NCBI GenBank assembly: GCA_965113315.1
Contig: OZ220365.1
DNA: 64,000 bases
Source: Podarcis vaucheri
Taxonomy: Eukaryota
Reading direction: 5' to 3' (one strand)
In this document: piece by piece, positions 40,101-52,289 of the stretch
Position numbering within the stretch: position 1 is the stretch's first letter
Layout of the letters: every line of letters begins with the position of its first letter
Program-made: the position numbers and the translations under genes
Notes under the pieces: model-generated
What the model was told of the DNA's origin: nothing
The model's database searches: none
Seen by the model: the letters and a program-made list of their open reading frames with translations, nothing else

Positions 40101-42231
40101 TGATAAGTTGCTGTAATTAGCTGTGTCAGCAATTGTGAATGGTATATAATGTGCTGTATGTACCTTACTCTGCCTCCCTGGTGAATGGATGGGTGATGAT
40201 TATAAACACTATGTAAGATGTATGTTAGAGGAGTTTTGTTATTAAACCATGCAAATATATTTTTGCGCCTCTTCAGTGTTTCCATCTGTGTGGTCTACTC
40301 TGCACGCACTCTGTGGCATGTTTCAAATGCCCAATTAAAAAGAACTAAATATTAAGTTGGAAAAGCAATCCACCATTTACCTGGAAATGAACTGTGTAAT
40401 TTCATAGTTGTTGGTCCATCTGATTCTATTTACCATGCAACATTGATTTTTTTCTTTAAAAATTGTACCCTTCGGGCTTTTGTGTTACCAGTACCAGTCA
40501 AAACTGAATTAGGTCTTCAGCCCTGAATCAGTTAGGGTGAAGAAACTGATGAACACTGACTGAAGTCAAAGGCACTTATTCAGTTTCAATTCAATGACTC
40601 TAGCCTCATTATGTTGTAGCTTAGATGGTATAAAATTGTGTCTGTTCTGCATCATCTGCCCCATAAGGATATAGTTCTGGGAACTGCTAGTTTCGTTTGA
40701 ACAAAACCCAATGCTTATTAGTGTTCCAACACTGGGTTTCATTGTAGGAAACTAAGTATTTTATTAAAGGGATATTCCTCAGTGGTGTTTTGTGCGATGT
40801 GTGGGTCTGTTCCTGATGAAGGGCTGCATAAGATCTGCTGATCAGAAACAAGTCTTTTCCAAGAGTCTGGGCAGAGTCCTTCAACCACTAGCACATCTAC
40901 TCCTGGATAAGCCCACCAGCCTGTCTTTTTAGAAGACTAGTTAGAGTGCTAATTCACAAATAATTTCTTAATGCTCTTTGTAACCACAAAATTCCACATC
41001 TGCAAAGCACATCATAAGAATATTTTGGAATAGTTTGTCCTTGCTTCCAGAAAGGAATGGGATGGTATAAAGTCACTTAAATCACATTTTCCTTCATTAT
41101 GGATTCATCTCACATGGCAGAGGGTTATTAATAAACATCTCAGTATAGCTTTAGGATTGAGTTCAACCATCTAAATATGAAAGGTACATTGCTGAAGAGA
41201 GAAATTAGGCTGTACCTGAACAAGCTGCACTAGTACCTTCATTGGTGGTATATATCTCTAATAAGAGTTCCTCCTGTCTAGGTTGTTATTAAGAGACTAC
41301 TGGTTTAAAATACGAGTACATGCCTTATCTGGAGCCAAACCAGCAATCCATCTACAGTCCAGTACTGGGAGTGTGGTGGGAAAATAACTTTCCTGGATCT
41401 CAAGGTCCCTTAGATGACCTTTAGGAGACAAATTAGTGCTCACTTGCATTCAGATCACATGCTTTGCCACTGAGTTATGGGTCTTTTTCATCCTTATCAT
41501 CCTTATGTCTTACTCCCCAAACCTTGACTGAAAATTCTCTCTCAAAGATTTATGCTGAATCTTCCTATGAGTAAGTTGCTCACAGTAGTAGATTTTGATA
41601 TATCTGGTGGGATAAAAGGAGATCTTCATTAAAATGTCCCAAACTCTTCCATTTATAGTTTGAAGATGAAGTCTGTATTTTTATCATCTGCAATTGCATT
41701 TTAAGAAGCTCTTGAACTCTTTACTACCTCTGTGTTGACTCAGCTAAAGCTGTATATTCCAACTGGGTCTGAACTTTCCAGGGCTTAAATCACAGATTTC
41801 TCCTTCTGGAGGAGACATACTGAATCTCAGTGTCCTGAGGATCAGGGTTCATCCATTGTATACACCACCCAAGAATATATTTGCCAAGAATGATTTGCTC
41901 ATTGCTGGCTTGAAAATCTTTGAGATTTGCCCTTATTAAGAAAACAGAGCTTCCCTCTCCTGCCAGATTAAGAAAATATAAAATGGGATGTTATTTGCCA
42001 AATGAGATTTCTATATATGATTTATATTATAATTAACTTTTCTGTATCCTTTTCCATAAAGTTCTCTCATTTTCTGTTATGCCATTTCACTGAATGCTTG
42101 TAACTGTAGACTAAAAGTGTACATGTTTAATTTATTATCAAGAAAACCTTCGATACTGGTGGTTTTGAGTCAGGAAAAGGAATTCAGAACATTTACTAAT
42201 CAAAAATTACTTTGGTCATAAATGTTTAGTC

Positions 42232-42576
42232 CAGTGGTAGAGAACCTGTGACCTTCCATGCTCTCTGTCTGGTCTTCAGGACTGTCCTCAAGTCACACAC
42301 CCCTCCTCAGCCACATCTCCTCTCTCCAGCCCACAACTCTCACTGTTCCTGCTTTACATCTTGCTTGAGTGTTGCCTGGCTGGAATGTTGAACTTGCTTG
42401 CCTAGAGGGGTATAGAGGAGGGTGTGTAAAACTAGCCTATTATGCAGATATTTTATCTGACTTTGTTGCTCCACCTCCTTGTACCTCTGGCCCTGCCCAC
42501 CACTGGCATGTGACTTCTAGGAGACTGCCTAGAATGGAATGTGGCCCCTGCTCCAAAAAGGGTTCCCCTACCACTG
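42232..42576. mobile_element. hAT-type MITE
   Basis: TIR CAGTGGTAGAGAACC / GGTTCCCCTACCACTG; 8-bp TSD GTTTAGTC / CTTTAGTT. Confidence 0.72.
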
Positions 42577-43132
42577 CTTTAGTTCCACTGAACCACATGT
42601 AGCCAACATCAGAATTGTGGCTTATATTTATACATTAGTAGTTGTTAAGTCATTTTTATGAACTGGGAAAACCATTTACTATGGGGATGATTTTGCCCTT
42701 AGCATGCAAGGCAGGCTAACAGCTGTTTGGAGCAGGCGCTGAGTGTGGGAAGTCATGTTTCTTGAGCAGCTTGTGAAGCCTAGCATCTTCCTCACTGAAA
42801 CCTGTGCTCTTGCTCATCTCTCCATGCCCACCATTTTGCCCTGATCATCTGCTGAAATTTAAACTTGACCAGGGAGGTCTTTGCTCATGTCAGATTTCAG
42901 TTAACGGCCACAGTTAAGAAGGCTTCCCCCCCCATAGCAGGCACTGTGGTTCTTCAATGGTTTGACTTCACCACTGGAGCCACACTCCATTGTCTCTTGA
43001 GTGAGAAACAGATGCCAACAACTCCATATTTCTGTGGCACTGAATCAGAACTGTGCCCAATATGAGCAGCAGCAAGGGAAAATGCACCCAAATTCCTTTT
43101 GCATTAAACAGGAAAATTGGCAATGCTGACAG

Positions 43133-43228
43133 TGTAATGGACTTCCCACAAGTTCAGAAGCAACAGCAACACCACATCAGCAAAGGGCAAACCACAAAGA
43201 TACAGCAGGCCTATCCTGGCTCCCACCC

Positions 43229-43268
<40 letters not shown>

Positions 43269-43858
43269 CTCTTATTTGTAAATAAGGAAGAGATCTTTAT
43301 TCAGACAAGTAATGGTACAGGCTCAACAGCAGACACTGTACTCTGGAGTCACTTCAGAACTTCAAGAGCAAGACAAGAAATACAGAACTGTACGGAAGTG
43401 ACAAAGATGACCCAGCAGCTTCCCCACCCTTCCCACTAGCTTTTGGGGATAAGGCACAGCATGCTTGCTCATGACACTCTTGCCTCACAGAAATGCTAAG
43501 CTTGCAAACATGTGCTCTGTCAGAATTGGTGGGTCTGCTCCCATCTGCAAAGACCATGCCTGGTTCTATGTACCAAGACCGCACCCTCCTGTTCAGACTC
43601 CTGTTCAATCACTACCACCTCCTGTTCAGACGTCCCCCTCAGCTGATCAAAGCCCTCTTCAGCCTCCACTGAGGATCTCCATGTTGCAAAAAGGTAAGAG
43701 GAAAGAGCTGGTATCCCTTCTCCCCTTTCCAAACCACCTGACATCAGGGTTGAAAAAGGAGATCCCCTCTTTCAAAGTAGGTTCCCACCATTCAGCCCCC
43801 TCTTCTGTTTCTTCTTCATCTCCTGCGTCAGTCTGCCAGCCTAAGCCTGATCCTAACA
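43133..43858 (-). mobile_element. Possible old solo LTR
   Basis: Minus strand starts TGTTAGGATC, is purine-rich, has short internal direct repeats (CCTGTTCAGAC) and a minus-strand AATAAA near 43296-43301. No convincing TSD; left boundary uncertain. Confidence 0.4.
43231..43266 (+). repeat. (CA)18 microsatellite
   Basis: Read directly from the sequence. Confidence 0.97.
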
Positions 43859-44539
43859 ATACTGTGGGGCTCATGGCATGAGCCTCTCTTTCATGCTTTT
43901 AACATTCTCAAATATGCAGTGACAAATACCTTGGTTTGTTTTCTTACACTGAGGGGCAAGACACAAAGTTAAGGACCCATTATGACCCTAAGTCAGAAAG
44001 TCCACAGCATCTGCAACTATAATCTAGTCACCCACAATAGTCTGTTCACCAATACCAGGGATTAGGTTTCCATGCCTTCTCCAAACTGTATTGATAGTTG
44101 CACAAATTGTTCAAACATTCCTAAACAAACATGCCCTTTTCTTACAAGAAACTCTACATCACCTGGACTGCCTTATTTCATCTCAATTTGATAGGAGAGC
44201 TATAAATCGAGTGCAGCTTCCTAAACTTCATTAGTTCCTACAACCCAGTATATCTGCTTATACTGTGTAACAATATGGTTAACTTGTTAATAGTATGGGG
44301 AGAAATGAAATGTCAGTCTTCTGATCACTCCATCATCACAAGCATTTCTGCTTGCCAAATCTCCCCTCTCCTCCAACTGAGTTTTGTAGATTCGCCTGAC
44401 CCTCCGGAGTGGAATGGGAGACATGGGGGTGCCTGGGGGGAAAGCTCCATTGTGTTAGCAAGAGCCTTTGTGCTGGCTTCCACTGGCATACAAGATGAGC
44501 TGAATGCAGGCCATGGTTGACATTCCTGTAGTTGGGCAT

Positions 44540-44544
<5 letters not shown>

Positions 44545-44618
<74 letters not shown>
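44545..44618 (+). repeat. Compound (CT)18(CA)19 microsatellite
   Basis: Read directly from the sequence. Confidence 0.97.
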
Positions 44619-44624
<6 letters not shown>

Positions 44625-45040
44625 TTTAAATAACATCAGGAATGCATATATTTCACTGCAGCTGTCCTTAATAGCCAATGAAGATACAGTAGTTTTCATT
44701 TCCTACAGGTCTTTCAGATCAGCAGAACCACAAGCAGTACCTCTAACCAAACACAAACCGCAGGAAAAAAACAGGTGTTAGAGCATGCAATAAGGCTTTA
44801 ATATTATATCATCAGTACCAAGGCATCTCTTTACTATTTGGTATTCTTCCTATTTGGTATTCTTCGTTTTCAAGACTTTAGGAGAAATGCCTCATTAGAA
44901 CCTAAATAAACTTGTGATTTATAAAATGTTGGCACAAATTGCAAAAACGAGGAAAACAATTAAAGTATGCAAAACGATGTGGGAGGTAGCAAGTTTGTGT
45001 AAAATGCATATAATTCCTTCTGCTCTACCTTGCTATAAGG

Positions 45041-45154
45041 CAGGTATGGCTCTGCAGATGTTGCTGACACATAACTCCCATCATCCCCAAAAAGCATGGC
45101 CAGTGGGAATTGTAGTAAAGCAACATTTGGAGAGCCAAAGGTTCCTCACACTGG
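45041..45154. mobile_element. Small palindromic hAT-type MITE
   Basis: CAGATGTTGCT..ACTCCCA..TGGGAATTGTAGT..AGCAACATTTG fold-back; perfect 8-bp TSD CTATAAGG at 45033-45040 and 45155-45162. Confidence 0.75.
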
Positions 45155-45160
45155 CTATAA

Positions 45161-45200
45161 GGTATCTGAAGAAGTGTGCATGCACACGAAAGCTCATACC
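45161..45200 (+). ncRNA. Minimal type I hammerhead ribozyme motif (Penelope-associated)
   Basis: GGTAT (stem I), CTGAAGA core, A, GTGTG-CATG-CACAC (stem II), GAAA, GC, TC, ATACC (stem I complement). A palindromic AGCT replaces stem III; predicted cleavage after C45195. Confidence 0.8.
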
Positions 45201-45253
45201 AAGAACTAACTTAGTTGGTCTTTAAGGTGCTACTGGAAGGAATTTTTTTATTT
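45166..45253 (+). mobile_element. Penelope-like retroelement pseudo-LTR fragment
   Basis: Hammerhead core followed by TTAGTTGGTCTTTAAGGTGCTACTGGA, which I recall as typical of reptile Penelope ends; 14-bp direct repeat TGGCTATAAGGTAT at 45152-45165 and 45254-45267. Confidence 0.78.
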
Positions 45254-45342
45254 TGGCTATAAGGTATGCAGATAGAAACATGCTGTTTTGATACTAGAGA
45301 TGCCAGCTTGGATTTTCATCTAGATTTCTATGTCTAGTAAAA

Positions 45343-45785
45343 TCCGTGTATAAGACAATGTTTTTTGCTTTAAAAAAATAGGCAAAAATTGGGTGCCATC
45401 TTGTACATGGATAGTGAATACAGAGCGGGATGTGCGATTAATGGCAGCAGTAAGCAGGAGATTGGCAGCGGCAATTGGGCGGGTGATTGGTGGCTGTGGC
45501 AAGATGGGCAGGTGATGGGCAGGTGATTGGTGGCTGCAGCAAGTGGGCAGGTGGGATGTTGGTGGCAGTGAGTGGGCAGTCAATTGGCGGCTGCGGCGAG
45601 GTGTGCAATCGGCAGTGGCTGTGCCAAGCGATCAGCAGTGGCGGGCAGGCGAGTGAGCGATTGGCGGAAGTGACCTCCCCCAGCCCACCCCCCAAAAGCT
45701 AAACAACTTAAATTCTTAATTTTGGGTTTAAAAAAAATAAGGGTCATCTTATACATGGGGACATCTTATACACGGAAAAATACAC
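45343..45785. mobile_element. Non-autonomous DNA transposon (probably Tc1/mariner superfamily) with an internal GC-rich minisatellite
   Basis: Inverted TCCGTGTATAAGA (45343) / TCTTATACACGGA (45764); the outermost left end appears lost; tandem GATTGGYGGCTG.. units at about 45430-45670. Confidence 0.7.
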
Positions 45786-46224
45786 CCAATATATACCCAG
45801 TAATATACCCAAAAAATACCAGACTTGACTAGCTCCAATGAACACATGTGATATGCACATGGATGCTGCAGAGAACTTCTACAACAAATGCAGCCTTCCT
45901 GCTATGGGTTGAGTCTTGTGGCCATGACCTCTTGCTTTAAATAAGGAGCACAAAGCTGTATTCAGTAGGAAGAGTGGGGAGGATTAATAGTTCAAGGTCA
46001 TCAGAGGGCTCAGTTCACAGTGTGAAGTCATCTCTGAATCATATGTCCAGAATACTATTTGGGAAAGCCTGAAATACCAATTCAGATCCGAAAAGTTTAT
46101 AAAGGCACTGTTTCTAAATCAGACTGAGAGAAATTTGCTAACCTTCAAACTACAGGTAAGCTCTTGTGTTTTTTGTGGAACTACATCACTTCAGACTATA
46201 CTGGGGTAAAGTATGTTTTTTTAT

Positions 46225-46547
46225 AAGGTAAAGGGACCCCTGATCATTAGGTCCAGTTGTGACCGACTCTGGGGTTGCAGCACTCATCTTGCTTTATTGG
46301 CCAAGGGAACCGGCGTACAGCTTCCGGGTCATGTGGCCAGCATGACTAAGCCGTTTCTGGCAAACCAGAGCAGCGCACGGAAACGCTGTTTATCTACTTG
46401 CACTTTGACGTGCTTTTGAACTGCTAGGTTGGCAGGAGCAGGGACCCAGCAATGGCAGCTCACCCCGTCACGGGGATTCGAACCACTGACCTTCTGATCA
46501 GCAAGTCCTAGGCTCTGTGGTTTAACCCAAAGTGCCACCCACGTCCC
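46225..46547 (-). mobile_element. Sauria SINE with a 27-bp internal deletion
   Basis: tRNA-like head, core and (ACCTTT)n tail on the minus strand; flanks TATGTTTTT..ATA duplicated. Relative to the 39488 copy, a segment between two TTTA motifs is missing. Confidence 0.9.
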
Positions 46548-47330
46548 TATGTTTTTAATAGGAGTCATTTAAAAATGTCCTTTAGATAGAAGAAATGGTG
46601 CTACAGTCTTTACCCACAAACTAGATTTCTTTGTGCAAGAAATGAAATCCAGGAAGCATTTAAACACATGATCTTCCGCCAGCAATCTAAAGGAGTACAG
46701 CTCCATGCATTTCTGCTGGACATGTAGGCAGCTTCTCCAGGTCATGGGCTGGTCGGGGATGAAGCAACATCTCAATTCTTGTTTTCAAAAACTCAGAATG
46801 CAGAGATGGCCTGAAATGTATGAATGTATGTAACTTGTATGGATATTCAATTCAAAGATCAGTGAGAGGAAAATAAACAACTTGGCATGGCTAAAACAGA
46901 ATCCCATTTCAATTAGATAGGTCATATGCATGTCTATTCAGATTGTGTCCAGTGCGGTTTGTCCCAGCTAAGTGGGTGTAGGATTGCAACCTATGTTACA
47001 TAAAATGGTATTCTTGGCTAGGTGGTATTTGCATATTTCCTGACAGGATAGTAGAATGGACTCCTACTTTTGTTATGCCTCATTTAGGCATTTGTCTTGT
47101 TTTATTTCTTTGGCAAGAAATAATGTATATATGTGGCAGATTGGCACCACTTTAAGAGTAGCTAGCAGAGATGCACCCACACCATGGAGTAATAGCAAAT
47201 GAGAATTAGTAGTGGTAACTGTATCACTACAGCCAATTAAAACAAAATGCAATTAATTCAACACAGAACACCAGTAACAGGGTAATGAAGCCTTGGCAGG
47301 TCTAGTAACCAACCAGGAAAAAGAGAAGAA

Positions 47331-47331
<1 letters not shown>

Positions 47332-47366
<35 letters not shown>
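47332..47366 (+). repeat. (CA)17 microsatellite
   Basis: Read directly from the sequence. Confidence 0.97.
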
Positions 47367-47371
<5 letters not shown>

Positions 47372-47570
47372 CATGTTGGCTGCACAAGCTTGTGCTGCTT
47401 CCACGTAAGCCCCAGTTAGGTGTGTAGCTTGGAGGGAAAATCAATGTAAGCTGTTGTACTGGGTACATTTGGACCACAGGGATCCCAAGTGCTGAAGCAA
47501 CACATCTAAATTCTCAAATTAGAGCCATCTAGCAGTGCAAGTATACAATGTTAAAGCAAAGTTCCTTGGT

Positions 47571-47765
47571 GGGGAGGGCCCATATCTCAGTGGTACTGGC
47601 AGACCACTTGTTTTGCATGCAGATGGTCCCAGGTTCAGTTTCTGGCATATTCAGTTAAAGGGACTTAGATGATGGGAAATATCTGAGACCCTGGGAAACT
47701 CCTGCTGGAGTAGACAACACTGGATTAAGTAGACAAGTGGTGTCACCTGGTGTAAGGCTGCAGCA
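47571..47765 (+). mobile_element. Old tRNA(Ala-like)-derived SINE, Squam2-like
   Basis: CTCAGTGGTA...TTTGCATGCAGATGGTCCCAGGTTCAG head and GTAGACAACACTG...GGTGTAAGGC tail; the family name is tentative. Confidence 0.6.
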
Positions 47766-49751
47766 AGGATACATAATCTATTTCATGGAGATGTTGAAAA
47801 ATAGGAATTCCTATGTTGTTGAAAAAATGTCTCCCCACCCCCATTTATCAAAAAGCATAAGTCTTAATACAGAGTGAGTGTAATTATTCTGTTACATGTT
47901 AGTCTTAAAAGTGTGACCAAAGGTTTTCAGGAAGCGTCCTGTCCAAGTTGACCACTACCTTTTCCTCTGCGTTCTAAGAAGATGCTGTGCCCACAGGTTT
48001 ACAGTTTGTCTACCAAACATCATGGTAAAATCACCTTTATCGCTTTGCAGGATGATATGGGTGGCCAAGTTAACTCAAGATGAGAGAACTCACCCTGGTG
48101 CCATTTGAGAGAAGGATACAAAAGAGGGATAAAATGCTCCATTAGGTAAACAGAAATATCAGTTCTGTATTTCCCCCCACAATCTTACAAAGGGGGATTT
48201 TAAAATACAGGTAGTGCTGATCCATTTGCTTAAACCCTCGCCTTCTCTTTCTTGCCTGACTTGCAGCACAATCCTAACCACAGTAAGTCAGAAGGAAGTC
48301 CTATTGAATTCCATGGGCATTACTCCCCGGTAAGGGCACAGGACTGCCACTTCAATCCTACCTCCAAAAAGCATGTAAAGAAGCAACCTCTCTTCCCCTT
48401 TTGTTTGTGACTGTTTTTCCTCTGTTGTAAACTCTGCTTGTGTTATGATATGAATTGACTGAATTAATTTTTGGCTTTAATTCTCTCCCGACCCCTGCAC
48501 TCCACTTATCTGTGCCCTACTGACTGCAATAGGATTTCTGATAGGGGATAGTTAGAATTACACTGTTAGTATTTTACATGTGCCCCATGCGTATATGCCT
48601 ACACATTCTCTTTTATATTTAATATTAGACATAATTCTTTCATGAATTAAGATAAATTGGGGAGCGGGGATAGGGCATCCACTCCGACATTTCAATGCTT
48701 TCTGTACAGTTGAGAACACACCGTTCTTCCAAGTGATATTGCACAAAGAACTTCACTCCCAACTTGACCTGTAGACCCTGAAGCTCTCGCTCTGGGAGTC
48801 ATTTGAATTTTGGCAGCCAAGCAACTAAGAGCCAATCCCACAGCGCTGCACTGATCACGCTCAGCCTGAATTTAGAGCTTGCAGGTGAAAGAAGCTTGAA
48901 TTGTCCTGTCTGCCTAGACAGTGGTCTGCTTACATGGTACATTTTTCACTCTAAAACATCTGCTGTATTTAATGTCAGCTAAACTGAAAGGTGAATTAAT
49001 TTGCTTTGCAGCTGAAAGTTCGTCTTGCTGCAGAACTGCATAGAGGGTGATGTTCTTAACGTTACCTTTACACATACACATGCCACACACACAAAGTTAA
49101 AACAGCCTTTGAAGCCCGAAGTCGCATAATTGCTTCTGGCTTCATTCATAAATAACTGAATGGAAAGATCCATGTGGTTCCCTGCAGGTATCCTTACAAT
49201 ATGACACTTCAACCAAGTGAGTTCTAAAAACATTTTTTCACCCAGAGTGCTGAAGACAGACTGTTATTCCTGCTCTGTGAAAAAGGAAGCACTTATTTTT
49301 TTTCCCCTACATCCCCAGTAATTACTGCTCCAGATGTCAGTTTTCCACAGCCGGAGACACAGATTCCAGATAGCAACACCGTCCTCAGCCACTATTCGGG
49401 GGTGGGGGGTGGGAATGCAATCACTGGATGCATTCACTGCTACAGGGAAATGAGTAACTATATCCCACATCACACACATAACTCCTAGGTGTGTACTTAA
49501 CTTATAGCCATCTTTAAAAAAAAGCCAATACCACAAACATTCAAGAAAGTAAGATAGTCACCTACTTTGACAGGATCATCTGAGTTGCAGCCAATCTTCT
49601 CATTCTGAGACAAAAGCTGGAGCAAGAGACATTAAAATGTCTTTCCCATTGAGTGGTTTCTGCTGCATGTGTGCTTGTATTTTCAGCTATGATGAGATTC
49701 TCTTTCTGGCAGTAACTATGAGGCTGATAGAACTGTAAAATGAATAATCAT

Positions 49752-49783
49752 GCTGGCTGGCTGGCTGGCTGACTGGCTGGCTG
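49752..49783 (+). repeat. (GCTG)n tetranucleotide repeat
   Basis: Read directly; one interruption. Confidence 0.9.
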
Positions 49784-52289
49784 AAAAATAAAGTACTAGC
49801 ACCACCATATGCTAGAGGTTGGGAAATCTATCAAATACCCAAAGAGCCCTGTGAATCCTGTTTTCTCCGCTTCTCTCTCTGCACTTTATAGTTTTGTTTT
49901 TTAACTTACCATCAAGGCTGAGAGATATATGACAGGATATAGTGCTATTAATTTGCCAGGAAAATGCTAAGATGGTCCAAATGAATTTCTTTTCCTATGT
50001 TATAAATTGTGGAGAAGATAGAAATCCCCCCTCTACAACAAAAAAAAGTTGGGCTTCTTAAAAATGCATTAGTTAAGGAGTAGGCAGGAAATGCATGCTG
50101 CTAGATATTCATTAGAATGGGGCCACAAGCTCAAAACGTTGGCAAAGGTACGTTAAAGCTGTATGCATTTTCACCTAGTCCTTGGAAGCAAAAGATAGTT
50201 TATTGGCCCGTCATTTCCCTCCACTCACCTACTGCTGAGTAGTATGATATTTGCCTGAAGTGGCCCTGAAAGGGATTAGTTTCCTACTGGTTCCTAAGCC
50301 CTTCCCATCTGTCACATGATCTTCCCATTTCTGCCTGGAACACAGCTGTTTAAGTTTGCCTTGGGCACAAACAGATCCTGTGAGACAGAAAACAAACTAA
50401 CAAGTTGCTTACCTAATTTAAAGGAGATATATGGTGAAAAATGAATTTTAAAACAAGACAAAATATTAGCTTCCCTATATGAAAAATGCTGAGGTGGGTT
50501 AATAAATGTAAATTAAATGGATTAAACCCTGTGGTCTAATTGCACAGTCATAGACACTTTTAGTAGTCTGCAAATGTTTGAATTGTTACGTGCTATAATA
50601 CTGTCTGCTGCGTGGCTTCCAGATAAGATTATATAAGACTGTTGGTGGTGGATTAATGTTCTGAGGGGTCCTGTGTGCAATCTTTTGTAGGGACCCTATT
50701 TTTTCACCTAAATAAATGTGACTATGGTCAAAATTGGGAATGTATGAGACATTAATCATGTTTCTGCCTTCACACTGTGCTCCTAAAAAAAGTTGGGAAC
50801 AAACCCTGCTGTGGGCCAGACAGGAGGAATAAGTAATGATAATACGAATGTCTCTGAAATGGGTGCCCCCCCAAAAAAAAATTGGGAACACTTGGGGAAA
50901 ATGTTTTGATTATGATAAAGTCTCTGCACTGTCCCACATTAAAACCACTTGGGAACAATCTCTCCCCCGCCTTCTAAAAAAGTATTTCTATGGGAAGCCA
51001 AAGCAAAGGAGGTGAAACAGCCTCAACCTTTCCCTCAGTCCATGCACCCTCCAAAAACCTAAAGAGGTTGACTTAGCCTACCCTTTTCTTTCCATCTTTG
51101 TCCCACAACTGCCCGGGGAAGTTCTTCCCTCTGGAAAGGAGAGGTGGAGTTAATACAGCCAACCAGAGTGGCAAGGGGGTGGGCCCTTCCAACTCCACCA
51201 AGTGGTCCGTGCTGCACAGCTGGAGGAAGCATTGCTATTGTCTCCTCACCTGCTCTGGGTTAGTGATCCTAGCTTAAAAGGTTGTCTGACATACCTTCTT
51301 ATCTAAAAGTACTAGAGATTTGGTTTTTTTAAATGAAAGCTCAGAGTCTGCGGCATATCCTAGCATGGGCTCTGGTGCAATTACTCCAATTACACCTATA
51401 TGAACTCAGCCCTATTTAGATCCTAAGGATTACTATTGCCTGGTGTCCACACAACCTACTTAATGATTTACAGCTCTGACTTCACTTTTGGCTAAAAGCG
51501 ACAGGTGGGAGCAGTCAGGCTAGCTCCTTTAACAGAAATTGCTTTAAAATAAGACAGCTGAGTCTGGTGCCTCTGTTCAGAGGCCTTTGGGGGCGCCATC
51601 ATGAGATAATTTTAATCTGTTTTAGTATTTTGACTTCTGTGTGTTTTAAAGTATGGTTGTGATTTTATTGTAAACCATCTTGAGGTTTTCTACAATCAAG
51701 TGTTGTATAAATTTTATGAAATAAATAATGGATCTGACTTAACCTACTATCACCAGGGAGCATGGCTTTTATGAATTCATTAGACAAGTCTCCCAATTCA
51801 TTTCATATACTTTTATTTAATTGATGGGTTTCATTTATATATGTTAATACTAATAGATTTGTATACACCATAGCTTCTTTCCCGCTCATGGACTACTTAT
51901 GTGAAAGCTCTTGAGTAATACACTACAGGTGTAAGTCATTCAGGAGTAATAAAATAAAATAATAATTTCATAATTTCATAAAATATAAATGCATATTATA
52001 GTAATAAATATAATATAAATAAATGTTATTTATTTATATATAAATAATATATTTTTATTATAGTCTACATCCAGAAATACACGAGGAATAGGACTTAAAA
52101 AAAACAGCTTGCAATTTCTTCACACATTTCCATTTTAACAGCCAGTTTGCAGTGCCTTAATAGGAAGCTGCTTTTCATAAGAAATCTGTATTTCAGTGTA
52201 CTTAATTTATATCTGTCTTCAGTGTACAATGTTTTCTTTCAAAAAAAAAATTTGGTGTGTCATTATTTATAAAAATAAATTATTACAGC

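Larger units (their letters stand above)
39344..40337 (+). mobile_element. Older solo LTR (outer layer), split by a Sauria SINE
   Basis: Starts TGTTGAATAG and is colinear with the inner LTR on both sides of the SINE (GGTTCATTATTGTT, GACCTA..TTTTACAGCTGTG, GTATATAA, GGATGGGT, TTTTGTTATTAAA, TGTGGTCT). Possible 5-bp TSD AAAAG; the 3' CA is decayed, so the right boundary is approximate. Confidence 0.72.

Noticed and set aside
43465-43881. Proline-rich 138-aa ORF (PPVQT repeats)
   Set aside because: It arises from short CCTGTTCAGAC repeats on the C-rich strand of an LTR-like element; no splice or homology support.
49910-49917. 8-nt minus-strand microexon (CTCTCAG|CCTTGATG|GTAAGT)
   Set aside because: Not frame-preserving and unsupported without RNA data.
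51945-52062. Extremely AT-rich tract
   Set aside because: Low complexity with no stable period; no evidence of function.
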